A stretch of DNA of 63,421 nt, filler included. It is 5 parts of 5 records of this genome, joined end to end, with 100 filler letters (N's around TTAATTAATTAA, not from the genome) between each part and the next. Parts side by side here need not be neighbours in the genome. Positions count along the whole stretch, not along the records: positions 51,391 to 57,852 come from SRR22947727_5595; positions 57,953 to 63,421 come from SRR22947727_5625; 3 more parts are not named here. One strand, 5' to 3'. A model generated the notes under the pieces. It was not told the origin of the DNA. It made no database searches and saw only the letters and a program-made list of their open reading frames with translations. The number at the start of each line of letters is the position of its first letter. Positions within the stretch are counted from its first letter, which is position 1. A program made the position numbers and the translations under genes. Positions 53,252-61,319 of this stretch are shown here, piece after piece.

Positions 53252-53677
53252 CTAGAGTTCAAATATAATTTTCCGCAATTGATTAATATATCTCGTGATG
53301 TTTTTACGGTCGTCAGGGTTCTTAGTTTTCCGAAGTCTGTCATATAATTCAGTGTATTTTATATTTAAGTTTTGCTTACGAGTAAAGAAAATAATACCCT
53401 TCTCCATAGCGTCTAAATACCGTTTTCTCACGTATTTAGGGTCTAAATCAGCGTTTAAACACACATATTCGAAGTCTTCCGAATCAGAGACAAACCAGTC
53501 ATGCGCAGCACCTTTCAGTACGGCCTCCGTCCTATTTTGATTAGTAATCATGACATCCTCTAAGGCAGTATTGATAACTGCTCTCCAAAGACGAGTCTCA
53601 CAATCTACATCAAATTGAATCAATTTAGAGGCAATTTCCATACCCATAATCTTTAAGATTTTTTGTGTAACATTCAT
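53252..53677 (-). CDS. phage hypothetical protein
   Basis: RLWRAVI..ALED..AHDWF..DFEYVC..ADLDP pattern; GGAG RBS. Confidence 0.75.
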   Translation of the reverse strand: MNVTQKILKIMGMEIASKLIQFDVDCETRLWRAVINTALEDVMITNQNRTEAVLKGAAHDWFVSDSEDFEYVCLNADLDPKYVRKRYLDAMEKGIIFFTRKQNLNIKYTELYDRLRKTKNPDDRKNITRYINQLRKIIFEL

Positions 53678-53726
53678 TTAGTAGCTCCATATTTCGACTA
53701 CTAGTTCATTACGGGCCGTAAGTCAA

Positions 53727-53939
53727 CTAAACACCTAAAAGCTGTTGGCAGGTGTATTTAGTGGCTAATCTATTAGCTTCTACCATTCGTTCAGGCAATG
53801 CCTCTAGCAACATATTTGATTCTTTATGTGCAGCTTGCACACATTCTTTCCAAGTAGAAAACTGTAATTGAACGTTAAACCCTGTAGTACACGTAAAATC
53901 TATAAACGAACAGATATAAATAGTTAAAGCAAATTTCAT
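53727..53939 (-). CDS. small Cys-containing phage protein
   Basis: MKFALTIYICS..C..W.EC..C; TATAAT 5 nt upstream of ATG. Confidence 0.65.
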   Translation of the reverse strand: MKFALTIYICSFIDFTCTTGFNVQLQFSTWKECVQAAHKESNMLLEALPERMVEANRLATKYTCQQLLGV

Positions 53940-53993
53940 AATTCATTATACAACAGCTAGTCAAAATAAACATCATCACGTATAATAAGACTC

Positions 53994-54338
53994 ATGGTAG
54001 TAAGAACAATTATAAAAGCTGGGGTAGCGTTAGCTAAGAAGAAAGCTCGTCAAAAGAAATACAGACAAGAGGTTAAAAGTCTAGACAAGTATAATGTTCA
54101 TGCTGCAGTTAAAAAAGGCGCTGTACCTCTTAAAAAACAATCTTCAATTAAAAGCACATTGAGTGGAAGACAATATTCTATTTCAAACAACAACCTATCT
54201 TCAAAAACAATATTAGATCTAGGAGGGGGTTATGGTAAAAACATAGCTTCTCAATTTCAAGACAATGTAAAAGATCTAATTGGCTTAGATCTATCAAGTC
54301 TAAAAAAAGCTCAACGTAAGTTATTCAAGAAGAAATAA
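53994..54338 (+). CDS. Lys-rich basic phage protein, opposite strand to neighbours
   Basis: TAGTCA-17-TATAAT promoter 7 nt before ATG. Confidence 0.65.
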   Translation: MVVRTIIKAGVALAKKKARQKKYRQEVKSLDKYNVHAAVKKGAVPLKKQSSIKSTLSGRQYSISNNNLSSKTILDLGGGYGKNIASQFQDNVKDLIGLDLSSLKKAQRKLFKKK

Positions 54339-54370
54339 AAAAGGGCGCTTCAGTCTCCCTCCACGCCCTC
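54336..54370 (-). terminator. terminator-like hairpin between convergent genes
   Basis: minus strand AGGGCG-TGGAGGGAGACTGAAG-CGCCCT-TTTTT. Confidence 0.55.
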
Positions 54371-54387
54371 AACAATGAAAAATATAA

Positions 54388-54642
54388 CTAGTTACTTCTA
54401 GGTTTTAACTTAATTATGTTACTTTGTCTATTAATCTTAACAAGTTTCTTTCCTTGGTTCTTCTTAGTTTTTATAACTAAATTTATAAACTCAAAACCAT
54501 CTTCAGATAATTGAAACGTATGGCCTACAAAAAGCATCGACATCAATGATGTGACTTTAGCGTATTCTCTACGGTCTAACTTATCCGCTAAAATCTGTAA
54601 AACATCTTGTACATCGTTCCTTGTGTGTTTATTTTTTGTCAT
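54388..54642 (-). CDS. phage hypothetical protein
   Basis: ORF overlapping upstream gene, ends SNIIKLKPRSN. Confidence 0.6.
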   Translation of the reverse strand: MTKNKHTRNDVQDVLQILADKLDRREYAKVTSLMSMLFVGHTFQLSEDGFEFINLVIKTKKNQGKKLVKINRQSNIIKLKPRSN

Positions 54643-54868
54643 AATCAAAAAAATTATGTATTGCCTGAACTAATACAGTTTCTTTTACTTTAGGCTCATC
54701 TTTACCATTACACTCAATACAAAATTTTGTACTGTTGTCTTCATTTCTTATATAATGATTACCGTTACATTTCTCACACATTTTATATCCTTTGTTAGTT
54801 TTATTAGCTTCACGAAACATTTTTAACATTCGATGATAAAACATCCCTGAATGATATGGTTCACTCAT
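54629..54868 (-). CDS. DnaJ-like zinc-finger phage protein
   Basis: CEKCNG and CIECNG motifs. Confidence 0.65.
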   Translation of the reverse strand: MSEPYHSGMFYHRMLKMFREANKTNKGYKMCEKCNGNHYIRNEDNSTKFCIECNGKDEPKVKETVLVQAIHNFFDYDKK

Positions 54869-55362
54869 TTCCCTGTCCTTGCATATCGTTCTTTTCTTAG
54901 TTTTTTTCTATGGACTATATACTTATCCATTTGTTTTACAACTTCATCGTTTATGTACCTATGCCAAGTCATATCTTCTTTAAAAAAATTGTCATATACT
55001 TTAATAAAATCATTTAATTCTTTCCTTGTTAAAAGATAAGGAGCCTCAGATTGGCCATTCCAATTAATAGGAGGACTAAATTTTTTAATCCATCTCTTTT
55101 CATAATGTTGTCTGATTCTTTTATCTCGATTAGTTAGAATGATTCTAAAGTGGCTAAAGACAGGGCCAATACCTTTCTTGTCTTTACCATTAGGATAACT
55201 TCTAAAGTAATGACTTAAAATTCTGAGTAAAGGATTTGAAGACTCGCCTATGTAAACAAGTTCTAATTTTTCGTTAAAAAGAAAGTAAATGCCAGGCTCG
55301 TTTACTTTTAATAAATTAACCTGGCAATTACACAAGGAAGAAAAAGACTTAACCTTTATCAT
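54865..55362 (-). CDS. GIY-YIG nuclease family protein
   Basis: PGIYFLF...VYIGES.N...RI.SH...E...I....P..N. Confidence 0.85.
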   Translation of the reverse strand: MIKVKSFSSLCNCQVNLLKVNEPGIYFLFNEKLELVYIGESSNPLLRILSHYFRSYPNGKDKKGIGPVFSHFRIILTNRDKRIRQHYEKRWIKKFSPPINWNGQSEAPYLLTRKELNDFIKVYDNFFKEDMTWHRYINDEVVKQMDKYIVHRKKLRKERYARTGK

Positions 55363-55561
55363 TCTTCTTAAGTCCTTGCAATAAGCTAGATTTGTATTTT
55401 TCCATTGATACGCCTTTTTTCTTGGCTTGGTATTCAATGTAATCTTTAACCAACTTCGATATCATTCGAGCTGGGTTTCTTTCTTTCTCATTACACAAAC
55501 CTTTAAGAAGTGTGTGTGTTTCTTTTGCTACGGCTACTGATTTCCATTTAGTGATGTCCAT
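55349..55561 (-). CDS. ribbon-helix-helix DNA-binding protein
   Basis: WKSVAV beta-ribbon followed by two helices (THTLLKGLC, ARMISKLV); GGAG RBS. Confidence 0.7.
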   Translation of the reverse strand: MDITKWKSVAVAKETHTLLKGLCNEKERNPARMISKLVKDYIEYQAKKKGVSMEKYKSSLLQGLKKNDKG

Positions 55562-55739
55562 TTTTTCTCCCTTCCTTTTTATATTCTGCTTTTGTTTTAC
55601 ATTTAGTGTTCATGAGTCTCCAGTGTTCGTCTATAAAATGTTCATGAAAAGGTTTTGTATTGCCTTTACTCTTAAGAATTCTATTGATTGCACCTACTCT
55701 TTTAGTTATCCAATCAGTTGCAGTTTTCTTTTGAGACAT
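55548..55739 (-). CDS. phage hypothetical protein
   Basis: short basic ORF in a tightly packed operon. Confidence 0.55.
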   Translation of the reverse strand: MSQKKTATDWITKRVGAINRILKSKGNTKPFHEHFIDEHWRLMNTKCKTKAEYKKEGRKNGHH

Positions 55740-55890
55740 TGTCTTCACTTCCTTTCTCTATAAACCAAACATACGACCATTCTTTATGTTCAGGAGTACA
55801 TTTTTTTCCTAATTTTACCTTGTGCGTTACCGAACAAGCCGTTAAAAATACTAGTGTCATACAGACACACAACATCGTTACTATTTTCAT
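55714..55890 (-). CDS. small phage lipoprotein
   Basis: hydrophobic stretch ending LTAC lipobox; AAGGA RBS. Confidence 0.65.
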   Translation of the reverse strand: MKIVTMLCVCMTLVFLTACSVTHKVKLGKKCTPEHKEWSYVWFIEKGSEDNVSKENCN

Positions 55891-55903
55891 TTTGTCCTTC
55901 ATG

Positions 55904-56011
55904 TTAGATTGATATCCCAAATATGAATGCTACGATAGCTATAAATATAGCTAACATAAACTTTGGAAAGAATAGGATAAAAATAAACAAAGCTATAAGG
56001 CCATAGTTCAT
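55904..56011 (-). CDS. 35-aa hydrophobic membrane peptide (not in ORF track)
   Basis: MNYGLIALFIFILFFPKFMLAIFIAIVAFIFGISI; TAATG overlap with upstream gene. Confidence 0.6.
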   Translation of the reverse strand: MNYGLIALFIFILFFPKFMLAIFIAIVAFIFGISI

Positions 56012-56289
56012 TAATTTCTTTCCTTCATAAATTGTATATGCTCAATATGAGCATCTTCTCTATTAGCAAGTTCATCACCTATTAAATGATCTGCTAACTG
56101 CCAATTAATTGGATAAACATTAAAGTTACCCATCACTACTTTAGTTTGCATTAACCTATCTCGACTAGCGCTCCATTCATCGTCTCCAGGGTTTATAGGT
56201 CTTCCTTCAATAGTTTTTTGATGTACCTTAGACAAAGTAGAGTCTAAATCATCTATTAAAAACTTTAATTTTTTACTTTTGCTCTTCAT
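56011..56289 (-). CDS. phage hypothetical protein, first gene after leftward promoter
   Basis: TAAGGAG RBS; TTGACC-17-TATATA upstream. Confidence 0.7.
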   Translation of the reverse strand: MKSKSKKLKFLIDDLDSTLSKVHQKTIEGRPINPGDDEWSASRDRLMQTKVVMGNFNVYPINWQLADHLIGDELANREDAHIEHIQFMKERN

Positions 56290-56405
56290 ATTTACTCCTT
56301 ATCTCATCTATATAAGATATAAAAAGCTAAAGGTCAATGTTTATTTTTACCCCCCTGCTTGACAGAGGGGTTGCAATACCCTCAAAAATTGATATATACT
56401 CTCTT

Positions 56406-56666
56406 ATGAGTAGTTATCGAATTCAGATACGATCAGAGGGAAAGTATTATGATGGGATAATTAAAGCTAACAATGATGCTGAGGCCTTGCAACAGTTTAA
56501 TTTGAAGCTGAACAATGGTGAGATCGCAGCACAGGATGAGGACTTTTATAATAAAAATAGAGTTTTCATCTCATATGAGGAGCTAAAAGATGGCACTACA
56601 GAAGTTGATATCAGAGAAACTTCAGTTGGAGTCCAAATGGGCGGGTCAGGCGTTACAACAAGGTAG
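56406..56666 (+). CDS. phage hypothetical protein, probably leaderless
   Basis: TTGCAA-18-TATACT then ATG after 5 nt. Confidence 0.65.
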   Translation: MSSYRIQIRSEGKYYDGIIKANNDAEALQQFNLKLNNGEIAAQDEDFYNKNRVFISYEELKDGTTEVDIRETSVGVQMGGSGVTTR

Positions 56667-56778
56667 AGTTACACCTGATATGAAGTGGATCGATATTAAG
56701 ATCAAGGACTTAAAGAAACAAATCAATGACCAAAGTGTTGTTGATGCATCTGCAGGTCTTTACGACATCGCTGGTTAA
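56590..56778 (+). CDS. phage hypothetical helical protein
   Basis: GAGGAG RBS; MALQKLISEKLQLESKWA. Confidence 0.7.
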   Translation: MALQKLISEKLQLESKWAGQALQQGRVTPDMKWIDIKIKDLKKQINDQSVVDASAGLYDIAG

Positions 56779-56820
56779 TAATTAACTGGCACTATTTCAA
56801 AAAACGATTTTTATATAAGG

Positions 56821-57045
56821 CTACTTGTCGCTCAAATTATAGGGCTTCACACCCATTAAAGGCATTTCTTTTAAAGTATACCAATGTACTTTACCATTTT
56901 TGTATTGATAAACTTTTTCATCACATTGATCACAAACATAGACGTTTGATTTTCTTGTAGGAGTAAAAGTAACTGAATGATTACATTCAGGGCATTTACC
57001 AATTCCTAATTCTTCTATTCTAAATCTTTCTTTTGGTTTTACCAT
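56821..57045 (-). CDS. zinc-ribbon protein
   Basis: CPEC and CDQC; TAATG overlap with polA. Confidence 0.7.
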   Translation of the reverse strand: MVKPKERFRIEELGIGKCPECNHSVTFTPTRKSNVYVCDQCDEKVYQYKNGKVHWYTLKEMPLMGVKPYNLSDK

Positions 57046-57852
57046 TATGTTGCTTCTCCCCAATTTTTACCTAAAGCTACGTCTACTTTGCTTGGCACTT
57101 TCATTGGCACATTATCTAAACAATGCTCCATTTTATTTTTTACTTCTTTAATATCTTCATCTTTACCTACATTAAAGCATAGTTCATCATGTATCTGTAG
57201 CAGTGGCCTGTGGCCAGTGTTGTAACAGTCTATCATTGCTTGTTTAGTCTGATCTGCTGCTGATCCTTGGATAAGTCTATTTAAAGCTTTATACGTCATA
57301 GCACGTTTAATCATACCTCGATCATACTTAGACTCTGCTTCTTCACGTGTCATAGATTTATGGATACCAAATGACTTAGGCTCCCAACGATCAAATCTAC
57401 AATGTCGACCTCTTATGGTAACGACACATCCTTTACGATCTGCAGTAGCCATACATCGATTAGACAATTGTTTTACAAAAGGTACTTTAGCATTATATTC
57501 AGCTAATATTCTTTTAGCTTGCTCTACTTCAATACCAAGCTGTTTAGCTAATTTACCCGAACCCATTCCATAAAATAAACCTAAGTTTATCGTTTTAGCT
57601 TGAGATCTAGGTATACCTGCCATATCAGCAACCACTTGATGAAAGTCTGCATCTTCTTCTTCGTATGCTTTTATTAAATCGTATGAACCATCAAAACCTG
57701 AGTCTACACTAGCTGCGTAATGTACAACTAATCTTGGCTCTTGTTGTGAGTAATCAAAAGAACCCCATCGCTTACCTTCGTCAGGTAAGAATAAAGATCT
57801 AATTTTTTTACCAAATTCTTTATTTCTTGCAGGTATTTGTTGTAAGTTTGGA
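57045..57852 (-). CDS. polA: phage DNA polymerase family A, C-terminal part (5' truncated)
   Basis: PNLQQIP, motif A DYSQQEPR, motif B RSQAKTINLGLFYG, motif C QIHDEL. Confidence 0.95.
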
Positions 57853-57952
57853 NNNNNNNNNNNNNNNNNNNNNNNNNNNNNNNNNNNNNNNNNNNNTTAA
57901 TTAATTAANNNNNNNNNNNNNNNNNNNNNNNNNNNNNNNNNNNNNNNNNNNN
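57853..57952. other. artificial contig linker
   Basis: N-run + TTAATTAATTAA + N-run. Confidence 0.98.
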
Positions 57953-57954
57953 TT

Positions 57955-58098
57955 AAAAGAAGGATAAAAGAGGCTGTAAGGGGTTTAGAAACAGAACAAA
58001 ATGTTGATATATATGTAATAGGAACAGTTCAGTCTTCAAAAATGAACTTAACAGACATTACAGAAACATTAATTTCTCACCCTGAGCTAAAAAAGTAA
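57955..58098 (+). CDS. rnpA: RNase P protein component, C-terminal fragment
   Basis: KRRIKEAVR tail of the RNR motif; position before yidD-yidC. Confidence 0.7.
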   Translation, partial: KRRIKEAVRGLETEQNVDIYVIGTVQSSKMNLTDITETLISHPELKK

Positions 58099-58314
58099 AT
58101 GAAAATTTCAACATTTTTTTATATAACAATTAGATCAATACTTAACTTTTTTGGTTTTGGACAAGGTAATTGCTTGTACTATCCATCATGTGGTCATGTA
58201 ATAAAAAATTCTATTCAAAATAAAGGATTTTTATATACAATACCAACAATATTTAAGAGAATATTTATTTGTAATCCTTTATATTTGAAATTTGGTAAAA
58301 ATTGGCAATTTTAG
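58099..58314 (+). CDS. yidD: membrane protein insertion efficiency factor YidD
   Basis: C.YYPSC...G......RIF.CNP. Confidence 0.85.
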   Translation: MKISTFFYITIRSILNFFGFGQGNCLYYPSCGHVIKNSIQNKGFLYTIPTIFKRIFICNPLYLKFGKNWQF

Positions 58315-59129
58315 AACCATTCGCGCTCGCTATTGCATTTTTATTATCATATTCCTATGATTTTACTAATTCATATGGTTTTTCAATAGTTGTTCTAACT
58401 GTAATTATAAACATAATCATCTTTCCCCTAACTCTGAGACAAACAAGATCTACAAAAAGAATGCAAGACATTCAACCGGAATTAAAAAAATTACAAAAGC
58501 AACATAAAGACAACAAAGAGCAGCTAAATAAAGAAATAGCTGAACTATATAAAACTAAAGGCATAAATCCACTGGGTTGTGTCCTTCCTTTAATTATTCA
58601 AATGCCGGTATGGTTTGCGCTATTTAGAGTATTAAGAGAACCTCTAGAATTTATTCCTAGAGATGCCGCACTCTTTACTAAACTAGGTGATCAAGCAAGC
58701 GTTTTATTTTTTACCATGAATCTTCAAATTCCTGCATCAGAAATTGAAACCTGGATCGATAGAATTCCATATTTAGTGCTAATATTATTTGTTATTTTGA
58801 CAGCTTTATACCAACAAAGTCAATTAACAAAAAAATCTGGCAATTCTAATAACCCACAAGCACAACAGATGCAGATGATAGGTAAAATAATGCCATTATT
58901 TTTTGGTTTCATTTCTTGGACCCTACCCTCTGGTTTAGTGGTATATTTCCTCACAGGTAATATATTTAGAATTGGTCAACAGGCATTGATAGTAAAAATC
59001 GAAGAAAACCAAGAAAATAAATCTGAAAAAAAAGATCAAAAAGAGGAAAACGATAATTCAGAAACATCACCAATTAAAGATGATAAGGATGATCCTCGAA
59101 AAAACAGAAAAAAACGAAGGAGAAAATAA
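58302..59129 (+). CDS. yidC: membrane protein insertase YidC (short, Gram-positive type)
   Basis: MQDIQPELKKLQ, NPLGCVLPLIIQMPVWFALF, PSGLVVY. Confidence 0.95.
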   Translation: MAILEPFALAIAFLLSYSYDFTNSYGFSIVVLTVIINIIIFPLTLRQTRSTKRMQDIQPELKKLQKQHKDNKEQLNKEIAELYKTKGINPLGCVLPLIIQMPVWFALFRVLREPLEFIPRDAALFTKLGDQASVLFFTMNLQIPASEIETWIDRIPYLVLILFVILTALYQQSQLTKKSGNSNNPQAQQMQMIGKIMPLFFGFISWTLPSGLVVYFLTGNIFRIGQQALIVKIEENQENKSEKKDQKEENDNSETSPIKDDKDDPRKNRKKRRRK

Positions 59130-59920
59130 TGTCTAATAAATGGGTTGAAGTTGAAGCAAAAACCATTGATGACGCTATAAAAGCTGGATTAAAAGAACTT
59201 AGTCTCGAAGACGCAACACAAGCAAATATCAACATATTAAGAGAACCAGAAGGTGGTGTGTTTGGAGTTGGTGGAACTAAAGCTTTAGTAAGAATTTCAG
59301 TAAGAAATGGTGTTAAATCTAATACACGGAATGGTAATAGTAATCAGGGTAATTCTCGAAATTACACACCGAATAAAAGAAATTCTAAAAGCACTGACAA
59401 AAAAAAGTCTTATGAAAAAAAACCAAGAGTTGAAGCAGACCCAAAAGAACAATTAGATGTTTCAATTAAGTTTTTAGAGGGCCTCATTTCCTCTTTTGGA
59501 TTAGAGGGTTCTGTTACTGGAGAAGTTGATGATCAAAATTTACTTGTAGCTGTTAAAGGCGAACAAACAGAAGCTTTGGTCGGAGAAAAAGGTAACATAA
59601 TTAGATCACTTCATGAATTAACTAGAACTGTTATTCAAAGAAAAACTGGGGCAGGAACCAGATTAAGACTAGACGTTGCAGATTATGCAGTCAAAAGAAA
59701 AGAGGCATTAACTATATATGCTGAAAGGTTAACTAAACAAATTTTAGAAGATCATCAAGAAGTGATGCTAGAACCTATGAATTCTGTCGATAGAAAGACA
59801 CTACACGATGCGGTGGCTGACATTAACGGAATACAGTCTTACTCAGAAGGAAGAGAACCCTATAGATCAGTGGTTTTTGCACCCAGTGCAGATCAAGAAA
59901 GTAAAAAAGAAGAAGAATGA
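59129..59920 (+). CDS. jag: Jag/EloR (KhpB) RNA-binding protein
   Basis: Jag_N, KH (LVGEKG), R3H (LEPMN..DRK.LH..S.SEG.EP.R). Confidence 0.92.
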   Translation: MSNKWVEVEAKTIDDAIKAGLKELSLEDATQANINILREPEGGVFGVGGTKALVRISVRNGVKSNTRNGNSNQGNSRNYTPNKRNSKSTDKKKSYEKKPRVEADPKEQLDVSIKFLEGLISSFGLEGSVTGEVDDQNLLVAVKGEQTEALVGEKGNIIRSLHELTRTVIQRKTGAGTRLRLDVADYAVKRKEALTIYAERLTKQILEDHQEVMLEPMNSVDRKTLHDAVADINGIQSYSEGREPYRSVVFAPSADQESKKEEE

Positions 59921-60531
59921 ATTTTACCCCCCAAATACCTAATTGGGGACTTGATTTCTTAGAAAAAAATATAGATACACTACTTTTATACCATTCTTGG
60001 TTATCTACTACTGGAATCAAAACTGGTTTAATTAGTCCTAAAGAAGATCAATTTATCTGGGATGAGTTCATAATTCACTCTCTTTATTTCTATAAACTAA
60101 TACTTGATTTAAAGAATGAAAGCCACGAAATTTATGACCTCGGTACTGGCGGGGGTATTCCAGGAGTACCTGTAGGGATTGTTTCTAAAAAAGATATTAA
60201 TTTAATTGACATCAAACAAAAAAGAATTTTTGAATTAGAGCGTTTTATTCTATCTCAAAATCTTTTGAATATATATGCTAAAAAAGAAGATGCAGAACAA
60301 CTCTTAAAAACAAAAAAAAATACAACTTTTTTAATGAGGTGTTATATTCCTAGAAGTAATTTAATAAAAATTCTTGAAAAAAACCTATCTAACAGTAAAA
60401 ACAATACTTTTATTATTTCATCAAACTCGAAGCCTTTTGATAATTCAAATGATATGTTTCACGTGAAACAAGAAAAATTTTTTATTAATACCAATGAATA
60501 TAGATTTATTGATGTTATAACAGTTAAGTGA
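59917..60531 (+). CDS. rsmG: 16S rRNA m7G527 methyltransferase RsmG
   Basis: DLGTGGGIPG; position between jag and parA. Confidence 0.85.
   Translation: MNFTPQIPNWGLDFLEKNIDTLLLYHSWLSTTGIKTGLISPKEDQFIWDEFIIHSLYFYKLILDLKNESHEIYDLGTGGGIPGVPVGIVSKKDINLIDIKQKRIFELERFILSQNLLNIYAKKEDAEQLLKTKKNTTFLMRCYIPRSNLIKILEKNLSNSKNNTFIISSNSKPFDNSNDMFHVKQEKFFINTNEYRFIDVITVK
60455..60470. promoter_or_regulatory. parS: parS centromere site
   Basis: perfect palindrome TGTTTCACGTGAAACA just upstream of parA. Confidence 0.92.
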
Positions 60532-61319
60532 AAACAATATCCATAATTTGCCAAAAAGGGGGAGTTGGTAAGACAACTGCTGCAGTTAATTTAGCGTCTA
60601 TTTTTTCAAGTTTTGGAATAAAGACACTCATCATAGACCTAGATCCCCAAGGTAATGTATCAACTTACTTAAATTATGACAAAACCTCTGGAACATACTC
60701 TGATGCTATAGACTTACTTGAAAAAAAAACAGTCATAAATCCAGGAAAAATTAGCGAAAATCTTGACATACTTAGCTCAAATACAGATATTTCTAAATTT
60801 AACGAGGAAAAAATAATTGGTGGGTCAAAACTACAACAAGCATTTCGAAATGAAACTCTCAACGATTATGAAGTAATAATGATAGACACCCCACCCACGA
60901 TGAGTTCTCTAGTACAAGAAGCTTTATCAGTATCAGATTATTATTTAATCCCAGCTAAACCAGAATTTTTAGCTGTAGAAGGGGTAGCTCAAGCTATGGA
61001 ATTTGCTAAAAAAACAATAGCGACAATACATAATGCAAACCCATTATTTTTAGGAGTTCTTTTAAACCAAATTGATAAAAGAAGGAGCAGCTATACAGAA
61101 TTTGTATCAGAACTTGAATATTTACTATCAGATAAATTACTAATGACAAAAATTTCTCAAACAGCAGAAATTGCTGACGGACCATTTTATGCTAAAACTG
61201 TGGTTGATTTTAAAGATGAGAGTAGGTCAAAAATAGAATATATAGAATTAGCAAAAGAAATATTAAAGAAAGTTGGTATACATGAAGAGATCACTGAGTT
61301 CTCTGATAACAGACACTAA
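60528..61319 (+). CDS. parA: chromosome partitioning ATPase ParA/Soj
   Basis: QKGGVGKTT, DLDPQGN, DTPP, EFLAVEG. Confidence 0.95.
   Translation: MKTISIICQKGGVGKTTAAVNLASIFSSFGIKTLIIDLDPQGNVSTYLNYDKTSGTYSDAIDLLEKKTVINPGKISENLDILSSNTDISKFNEEKIIGGSKLQQAFRNETLNDYEVIMIDTPPTMSSLVQEALSVSDYYLIPAKPEFLAVEGVAQAMEFAKKTIATIHNANPLFLGVLLNQIDKRRSSYTEFVSELEYLLSDKLLMTKISQTAEIADGPFYAKTVVDFKDESRSKIEYIELAKEILKKVGIHEEITEFSDNRH

Larger units (their letters stand above)
51391..57852. mobile_element. tailed bacteriophage genome fragment (AT-rich, pelagiphage-like)
   Basis: polA, terS, GIY-YIG, RHH, dense short overlapping ORFs, no cellular housekeeping genes. Confidence 0.9.

Noticed and set aside
19623-57952. Four identical TTAATTAATTAA elements and abrupt composition or taxonomy shifts, suggesting HGT or an integrated prophage
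   Set aside because: They sit inside fixed-length N runs and are all-frame-stop scaffold linkers. Adjacent segments are unrelated contigs, so no cross-linker synteny is meaningful.
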